11,509 nt of DNA from Bdellovibrionales bacterium (lineage in GTDB: Bacteria; Bdellovibrionota; Bdellovibrionia; Bdellovibrionales; Bdellovibrionaceae), in the NCBI GenBank assembly GCA_031370005.1, contig JANMPT010000009.1, positions 1-11,509 on the forward strand. Reading direction: 5' to 3'. Positions 1-5,539 of this stretch are shown in pieces; positions within the stretch are counted from its first letter, which is position 1, and every line of letters starts with the position of its first letter. The notes below the pieces were generated by a model. It was not told the DNA's origin. It did no database searches and saw nothing but the letters and a program-made list of their open reading frames with translations. The translations under genes were made by a program, and so were the position numbers.

Positions 1-492
1 GGGTGGATTTGATTCGCTTTTGAGAACTCCCGAAATCCCTTTATTGAACGGAAGATCTTTTGCAATTAAATTATGCCTAAGCAGCGAGGGGATTGCTTCT
101 TTAAGTTCTTGTTGGATGATTTTAGAGCCCACCGGTGCCACGGCGATGTAGAGGAGCTGCGGCGCTGGATCTTTAATTCCGCGAGTTGCAAGGATGGTCC
201 AATCAATAAAAGCCTCCCGATCTTGTGGCGACATTGTGCATTTGTCTAAAATGACTGAGGTGGCTGCTTTGATCATGAATGGATGTTTTGCTCTCTTGCA
301 TGTTTTATTCAACTCTAGGGGGCTTAAAGCCCACCAGAAGTCACGAATGAATTCAGTTATGATTTCCATGAGTCGTGGGTCAAATCTTGCCTGATCGAAA
401 GCTTGAGCGACGTCTTTTTCCGAGATAGATAAAGGCTCCATTTGAATTTTATAATATGTTTTGCCTTTTGATTTGTTTATTAGTTTGAGCAT
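1..492 (-). CDS. Hypothetical protein (>=164 aa, C-terminus beyond the window edge); candidate partner/antitoxin of the upstream nucleotidyltransferase
   Basis: Manually translated and absent from the ORF track because there is no stop in the window. ATG at 492-490 overlaps the TAA of the upstream gene (TAATG). Open for 164 codons to position 1: MLKLINKSKGKTYYKIQMEPLSISEKDVAQAFDQARFDPRLMEIITEFIRDFWWALSP...HNLIAKDLPFNKGISGVLKSESNPP. The function is inferred from coupling only. Confidence 0.8.
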   Translation of the reverse strand, partial: MLKLINKSKGKTYYKIQMEPLSISEKDVAQAFDQARFDPRLMEIITEFIRDFWWALSPLELNKTCKRAKHPFMIKAATSVILDKCTMSPQDREAFIDWTILATRGIKDPAPQLLYIAVAPVGSKIIQQELKEAIPSLLRHNLIAKDLPFNKGISGVLKSESNPP

Positions 493-1025
493 TACTTATT
501 CGTGAGATCGTCCAAGCGATCCAGCGCCTTTTCCGCTTCTTTTGGAAAAAGTTTTAAGAGCTCCTCAAGTCTTTTTTCAACAATCCGGATATCAATTTTC
601 ATTCGCAAAAGATGTTTAATGTGTCCCATGTCCTTGGCTCGCCCTGCCATTAGTTTCATAATCAAGACGTCCTCAGCCCCCAGGGATTTAACGGTAAGAA
701 CGACACCAGAGTAAGTAACGCCCATGCGTGATTTAGTGTCCTTCGGAAGATAAACTGTAAAAGCCTGGTAGTATGGGTTCAACCAATCCGCAGCGATACC
801 GAGTTCTTTTGAGACCTCAAGCATGTATGGCTTTAGTTCTTCAAAATCTATATTTACAGGGGCGGCATCGATGTCGACAGTGCCGCCATCATAGCCATGT
901 TGAAGAATCATCGATCCTCCACCGCCAATGACCAAAATGACTTTTCCGGTGTTCGCTGCGGCCATTTTTGCATCCAATTTTTTAAGTGCATTCAAGGCAA
1001 GCTGCTTATCCATTTCCATATACAT
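492..1025 (-). CDS. DUF6036 / AbiEii-like Pol-beta-superfamily nucleotidyltransferase (putative toxin)
   Basis: 177-aa ORF with LVIGGGGSM...TVDIDA (GG...DxD nucleotidyltransferase motif), a WLN motif and C-terminal MKLMAGRAKD (K...RxKD motif). The true start could be any of the three Met residues in MYMEM. Confidence 0.8.
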   Translation of the reverse strand: MYMEMDKQLALNALKKLDAKMAAANTGKVILVIGGGGSMILQHGYDGGTVDIDAAPVNIDFEELKPYMLEVSKELGIAADWLNPYYQAFTVYLPKDTKSRMGVTYSGVVLTVKSLGAEDVLIMKLMAGRAKDMGHIKHLLRMKIDIRIVEKRLEELLKLFPKEAEKALDRLDDLTNK

Positions 1026-1032
1026 CTTATCG

Positions 1033-1082
1033 GCTTATAACCAGTAAAAGTAAAGATTAATTTACTTTTACTGGTTATAAGC
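1033..1082. promoter_or_regulatory. Perfect 22-bp inverted repeat (6-nt spacer) directly upstream of the nucleotidyltransferase; candidate autoregulatory operator
   Basis: gcttataaccagtaaaagtaaa (1033-1054), gattaa, tttacttttactggttataagc (1061-1082). The arms are exact reverse complements, and the repeat lies 7 nt from the first ATG at 1025. Confidence 0.7.
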
Positions 1083-1111
1083 AATGTATTTGATTTAACT
1101 CCTAATGTGAT

Positions 1112-1168
1112 CCGCTGATTTTCATGAATAACAGCAGTTATGCCACTGATTTTCATGAAAATCAGTGG
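1112..1168. repeat. Tandem pair of 26-bp palindromes with a 31-bp period
   Basis: 1143-1168 ccactgattttcatgaaaatcagtgg is a perfect loopless palindrome. 1112-1137 ccgctgattttcatgaataacagcag is a degenerate copy (21/26 identical). Confidence 0.85.
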
Positions 1169-1199
1169 ACGATGAAGAGCTCCCAGGTTGCGAAGCAAC

Positions 1200-2471
1200 T
1201 CAGTCGAATCGAATCATCCCAGCGGCAGCTGTTTGATGGGTTATTTCATCAATCAAGATGAAGGCACCTGTGGCGCGAATCATATCATAGGCATCAGCGG
1301 CTAGCGCTTGTTGCACTGACACAGAAACGCGGGCTATATCATTGAGTTTTAGACTCTCAGCTGGACGGCGCTCTTGGGTGTTGATGTCGAGTAGGCTCTC
1401 GATGCTGGTCACTCGCGCGGAGGTTTGCCTAGTGGTGTGCTTAAGCCAGTATTTGTGGCGCAGGTCCAGGGGATCTTCTGAGAGCCAGCAAATATCAGCA
1501 TGGATTGTTTTCAATAAAGTGGCAGGGAGCTTGGCGCAGGCGAGCATATCTCCCCGAGAAATATCCAGGTGTTCTTTCATCATGAGGGTCACAGATTGGC
1601 CCGCCACTGCAGACTCAAGGGAGCCCTCAAATGTCAGGATGTCCTTGACTGTGGCAGCATGACCACTTGGTTGCACAATCAGAGAGTCCCCCTTGCTGAT
1701 TTTGCCGGCTTCGATGCGGCCCATGTAGCCGCGGAAGTCATCGGCCTTAGCGCCCTGGTGACGCGCCACCCACTGCACTGGAAAGCGCAAAGCCTGATTT
1801 TTTGATTTGTCGTCGTACACACTCAAAGATTCAAGGAGTTCAATTAATGTCGGTCCCTGGTACCAAGGCATATTGCTGCTGGTTTTTACTACATTGTCGC
1901 CTAAGAGTGCCGACAAGGGGATTGGATAAATATTTTTTATACCCAATGGCAATGCGAAGTCTTGGTAAGACTTGACGATACGTTCATAGAGACTTTGATC
2001 GAAGTTCACCAAATCCATTTTGTTCACAGCCACAATGACGTGCTTTATTTGTAGAAGCTGCGCAATACTTGAGTGTCGTTTCGTTTGGATCAGCAGACTA
2101 TCACTGAGTTTTACTTTAGCAGCATCAATCAAGATGATCATGGCATCAGCAGTAGAGGCTCCGGTGACCATATTGCGGGTGTATTGCTCGTGGCCGGGAG
2201 CATCGGCGATGATAAACTTACGCCTTGGAGTTGCAAAGTAGCGATAAGCCACATCAATCGTAATGCCTTGTTCGCGTTCGGCCTCAAGACCATCTGTCAG
2301 TAAAGACAAGTCGATGTCGTCTCCACTAGTTCGCTTGTGCTTGGCCCGGGACAGTGCCTCAAGTTGATCAGTGAAAATTCCCTTGCTGTCAAAGAGCAGG
2401 CGGCCGATCAAGGTGCTTTTGCCATCATCGACGGAGCCAGCTGTGACAAAACGCAAAACGTCAGTACTCAT
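1200..2471 (-). CDS. cysN: Sulfate adenylyltransferase subunit 1 (GTPase, EF-Tu-like), without fused APS kinase
   Basis: LRFVTAGSVDDGKSTLIGRLL P-loop, LTDGLEAEREQGITIDVAYRYFAT, IADAPGHEQYTRNMVTGAS, NKMD and C-terminal TGAFILIDE...TAAAGMI. The start overlaps the cysD stop (TAATG). Confidence 0.97.
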   Translation of the reverse strand: MSTDVLRFVTAGSVDDGKSTLIGRLLFDSKGIFTDQLEALSRAKHKRTSGDDIDLSLLTDGLEAEREQGITIDVAYRYFATPRRKFIIADAPGHEQYTRNMVTGASTADAMIILIDAAKVKLSDSLLIQTKRHSSIAQLLQIKHVIVAVNKMDLVNFDQSLYERIVKSYQDFALPLGIKNIYPIPLSALLGDNVVKTSSNMPWYQGPTLIELLESLSVYDDKSKNQALRFPVQWVARHQGAKADDFRGYMGRIEAGKISKGDSLIVQPSGHAATVKDILTFEGSLESAVAGQSVTLMMKEHLDISRGDMLACAKLPATLLKTIHADICWLSEDPLDLRHKYWLKHTTRQTSARVTSIESLLDINTQERRPAESLKLNDIARVSVSVQQALAADAYDMIRATGAFILIDEITHQTAAAGMIRFD

Positions 2472-3400
2472 TAGAAATAGCCCGCTTTCTTGCGTTTTTC
2501 CATAGAGGCTTCCGATGTCTGATCATCCATGCGGGTGGAACCACGTTCAGTGACTTGTGCGACTGCAGTTTCTGCGATAATTGCTTGTGTAGTACTTGCG
2601 GTGGATTCAACTGGGCAGGTACAAGAGATATCGCCCACGGTACGGAAACGCACCATTCGTATCTCGATGCTTTCGCCCTTTTTTGCCGGAGTTAATTCTG
2701 TCAGTGGAACCAATAGGCCTTTGCGTGGGATAACTTGGCGCTGGTGGGCATAGTAAATACTTGGCAAGGCCAAGTCTTCTCGTTCGATATATTGCCAAAC
2801 ATCGAGTTCAGTCCAGTTTGAAATCGGGAACACCCGCATGTTTTCATTTGGATAGATACGGGTATTGTACAGATCCCATAGCTCAGGGCGCTGTTTTTTG
2901 GGATCCCAATGGCCAGATTCATCGCGAAATGAAAAAATGCGTTCTTTGGCGCGCGCCTTTTCCTCGTCTCGCCGTGCTCCACCCATGCAGGCCCCAAATT
3001 GGAATTCGTTAATTGCCTCCAAGAGAGTAATGGATTGGGCGGCATTTCTAGAATCTGTGGCAGGCTTGCGCAAACGTACGGTGCCTCGTTTGATCGAGTC
3101 TTCCACCCTGCGGACAATCAAGCGCTCGCCTAATTCCGCGGCACGTTCATCACGGAAGTTGATGACTTCAGGAAAGTTATGGCCAGTATCAATATGCAGG
3201 AGTGGGAAAGGGAAGGGGCCAGGTCGGAAGGCTTTTTCTGCAATCCGCAAAAGGACTGCAGAGTCCTTTCCGCCGGAAAACATCAGGGCCGGATTGCTGC
3301 ACTCGGCGGCTACTTCACGCATAATGTGAATAGCTTCGGACTCCAGCCAATCGAGATGGCGATTTCCTGTGGTATTAAAAAAAACGGGCTCCGTATTCAT
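2471..3400 (-). CDS. cysD: Sulfate adenylyltransferase subunit 2
   Basis: HLDWLESEAIHIMREV, PP-loop FSGGKDS, HIDTGHNF, GGARRDEEKARAKERIFSFRD, RVFPISNWTELDVW, RFRTVGD and C-terminal SMEKRKKAGYF. Confidence 0.97.
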   Translation of the reverse strand: MNTEPVFFNTTGNRHLDWLESEAIHIMREVAAECSNPALMFSGGKDSAVLLRIAEKAFRPGPFPFPLLHIDTGHNFPEVINFRDERAAELGERLIVRRVEDSIKRGTVRLRKPATDSRNAAQSITLLEAINEFQFGACMGGARRDEEKARAKERIFSFRDESGHWDPKKQRPELWDLYNTRIYPNENMRVFPISNWTELDVWQYIEREDLALPSIYYAHQRQVIPRKGLLVPLTELTPAKKGESIEIRMVRFRTVGDISCTCPVESTASTTQAIIAETAVAQVTERGSTRMDDQTSEASMEKRKKAGYF

Positions 3401-3410
3401 TCTTCACAAT

Positions 3411-3439
3411 AACTTATTTGCAAAGTGATCGGGTCGCAA
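3411..3439 (-). promoter_or_regulatory. Candidate sigma70 promoter for cysDN
   Basis: On the minus strand: TTGCGA (3439-3434), a 17-nt spacer, then TAAGTT (3416-3411), ending 10 nt before the cysD ATG. No clear Shine-Dalgarno sequence. Confidence 0.35.
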
Positions 3440-3456
3440 GTAGAGATAATATTATT

Positions 3457-3990
3457 ATGGGTCAGGAAAACAAAAAATCAATAAAGGCCGGTGTGATTTG
3501 GCTAACTGGATTGCCTGCAGCAGGGAAATCCACCATTGCCAAAGCCTTGGCAATAAAACTGCGTTCATTGGGCCATGAGGTCGAAGAGTTGGATGGCGAC
3601 GCCATCCGCGAAGTTTTTCCATCTACAGGTTTTTCCCGCACTGATCGCGATCAGCATATTCGCCGAGTGGGTTTTATGGCTAGTCGTCTTGAGGCTCACG
3701 GTGTGACTGTGGTTGCTAGTTTAATTTCTCCTTTTGAAGACTCCCGTTTGTTCGTGAGGCAACTCTGCAAAAAATATTTTGAAGTTTTTGTGGATACGCC
3801 GCTGGATGTTTGCGAATCTCGCGATCCCAAGGGCCTTTATAAAAAAGCCAGAGCAGGGCTGATTCAATCCATGACGGGCATTGATGGTCCTTACGAGGTC
3901 CCAACTCAGCCTGAGTTAGTGGTAAACACTTTAGTGTTGAACCCTGAAGCGGCCGCAGAGAAAATAGTAAGTATATTTCTGAAGAATTGA
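3457..3990 (+). CDS. cysC: Adenylyl-sulfate (APS) kinase
   Basis: VIWLTGLPAAGKSTIA P-loop, LDGDAIR, GFSRTDR, ASLISPF, RDPKGLYKKARAG and TGIDGPYEVP. ATG 3457 is preferred over the track's TTG at 3418. Confidence 0.95.
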   Translation: MGQENKKSIKAGVIWLTGLPAAGKSTIAKALAIKLRSLGHEVEELDGDAIREVFPSTGFSRTDRDQHIRRVGFMASRLEAHGVTVVASLISPFEDSRLFVRQLCKKYFEVFVDTPLDVCESRDPKGLYKKARAGLIQSMTGIDGPYEVPTQPELVVNTLVLNPEAAAEKIVSIFLKN

Positions 3991-4015
3991 ACTAATTTTG
4001 AGCTGATTTATTATC

Positions 4016-4128
4016 TGTCCCAATACTAGCTTATTGGGACAAAAATTGTCCCAATAATTGAAATTCATCTGAATATATGTCTATAATGCACTATGTGACA
4101 GTATTGGGACATTTTTTGTCCCAATACT
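4016..4128. repeat. Five copies of the half-site TGTCCCAATA forming two TATTGGGACA-N5-TGTCCCAATA palindromes plus one extra half-site; candidate operators
   Basis: Forward copies at 4016-4025, 4047-4056 and 4117-4126. Reverse copies at 4032-4041 and 4102-4111. The two palindromes start 70 bp apart and flank the promoter. Confidence 0.9.
4058..4087 (+). promoter_or_regulatory. Near-consensus sigma70 promoter for the Fic gene
   Basis: TTGAAA (4058-4063), 18 nt, then TATAAT (4082-4087). A Shine-Dalgarno GGAGG follows at 4135-4139. Confidence 0.7.
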
Positions 4129-4146
4129 AGACTTGGAGGCTCTATC

Positions 4147-5535
4147 ATTACACAGAAAAAGACTGATATTGAAGCCCTTATTTTAAGGCTGCTCATAGAA
4201 AAAACACAGATTAGCCTTCACGATGTGGCACAGGTGTCTGGATTATCAAAAACAGACGAGGGTGATCGAAAGGCTATTCGGAGGGTTCTTTCTTCTCTTG
4301 TTGAGCGTGGACTTCTTGAAGCTAAAGGAGCTACACGCGCGCGTGTTTATATACCTACAGCAGTCGCTTCAACAGCCAAGGTATTGTCACCGGAGCTAGG
4401 CGTATTTAAAGATATCCATTTATCACAGAAGGCTAATGAGCTTTTGCAATATGTCTCTCAGTCGCTCCAAAGCCGGGCCCCCGTGGGCTACAATCTGGAT
4501 TTTTTGAGATCCTATAAGCCGAACCGAACATTCTACTTGAGCGAAATTCAACGCAAGGAGCTTCTGACCCTTGGTCGAGTAGAAAACCAGACGCGTCCCG
4601 CTGGAACCTATGCACGCAACATCTTGAGCCGACTGTTGATAGACTTATCTTGGAACTCGAGTCGCCTTGAAGGAAACACTTATTCTCTCTTAGAAACCAA
4701 GCGGCTTATTGAGCTCGGTGAAAATGCTATAGGGAAAGATGGATCTGAAGCTCAAATGATTTTGAATCACAAAGGTGCCATTGAGTATATCATTGAGTCT
4801 GCCGGAGAATCGGAAATTAGCGCTCACGAAGTATGCAGCATCCATGCGCTTCTCTCTGAAAATCTTTTAGGCGACCCCGGAGCCACGGGTCGAGTGAGGC
4901 AGATTGCTGTCAGCATTGGTGGTACCACTTACATGCCGCTTGAGAATCCTCACATTTTAAGAGAATGCTTTGATCTCTTTATAGAAAAACTGAACCTTAT
5001 CGAAGATGCTTACGAGCAATCGCTCTTCTCGCTGGTCCACTTGTCTTATCTGCAGGCCTTCGAGGATGTGAACAAAAGAACCGCGCGTTTGGTGGCTAAT
5101 ATCCCGCTGATTAAGGAAAACCTTAAGCCGCTTTCATTTATTGATGTTGATCCAGAGGCCAATGTAAAATCTCTTCTCGGCATTTATGAGAAAAATGACG
5201 TCAGTCTTTTGCGCGATTTGTATATGTGGTCTTACAAGCGGTCGTCTCAAAGATATTCTGCTATTCAGCAAACGATGGGAGAGCCGAATTTATTGAAACT
5301 GAAGTATCGAGCTGCAATCCAAGACATAATCCGAACGATCATTCTTGAAAAAGTAAAAGGTCCACAAGTGGTGAATCGAATTAAAAAGTTGATTAAAGAT
5401 CTGCAGCTCCCGGAGAGGGATACCACTGAGTTGTTCAAAGTGCTCGAATTGGAGATTCTGAGTCTGCACGACGGAAATATTGCTCGGTTTAGGATTCGTC
5501 CTAGTGAGTTTCAAGAATGGAAAAGACGGCAGTAA
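4147..5535 (+). CDS. Fic-domain protein with an N-terminal winged helix-turn-helix and a non-canonical Fic motif (about 462 aa if started at ATT 4147)
   Basis: Fic-like motif QAFEDVNKRTAR (5053-5088) and inhibitory-type motif SSRLEG (4657-4674). The wHTH-like N-terminus IEALILRLLIEKTQISLHDVAQVSGLS...IRRVLSSLVERGLLEAKGATRARVY extends in frame upstream of the track's GTG at 4225. The start position is inferred. Confidence 0.88.
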   Translation: MTQKKTDIEALILRLLIEKTQISLHDVAQVSGLSKTDEGDRKAIRRVLSSLVERGLLEAKGATRARVYIPTAVASTAKVLSPELGVFKDIHLSQKANELLQYVSQSLQSRAPVGYNLDFLRSYKPNRTFYLSEIQRKELLTLGRVENQTRPAGTYARNILSRLLIDLSWNSSRLEGNTYSLLETKRLIELGENAIGKDGSEAQMILNHKGAIEYIIESAGESEISAHEVCSIHALLSENLLGDPGATGRVRQIAVSIGGTTYMPLENPHILRECFDLFIEKLNLIEDAYEQSLFSLVHLSYLQAFEDVNKRTARLVANIPLIKENLKPLSFIDVDPEANVKSLLGIYEKNDVSLLRDLYMWSYKRSSQRYSAIQQTMGEPNLLKLKYRAAIQDIIRTIILEKVKGPQVVNRIKKLIKDLQLPERDTTELFKVLELEILSLHDGNIARFRIRPSEFQEWKRRQ

Positions 5536-5539
5536 AGAC

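Noticed and set aside
194..394. 66-aa plus-strand ORF from the track
   Set aside because: Antisense shadow of the longer, translationally coupled minus-strand ORF 1..492, with no recognisable motifs.
1033..1168. Possible CRISPR array or attC cassette sites among the palindromes (also 4016-4128)
   Set aside because: There is no series of three or more equal repeats with unique 25-45-nt spacers, no cas or integrase gene, and no attC RYYYAAC/GTTRRRY arrangement bounding the genes.
992..1198. 68-aa minus-strand ORF between cysN and the nucleotidyltransferase (possible small antitoxin)
   Set aside because: TTG start, runs straight through both palindrome sets, overlaps the next gene and has no recognisable fold. 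More likely non-coding regulatory DNA, though not strictly excluded.
1342..3412. Multiple alternative-frame and antisense ORFs over cysN/cysD
   Set aside because: They lie wholly over highly conserved genes and show no motifs.
3993..4010. Similarity of taattttgagctgattta to taatttgagctatttta (about 11020-11036) as a possible direct repeat bounding an island
   Set aside because: Short, gapped and AT-rich, with no integrase or tRNA. It is compatible with chance.
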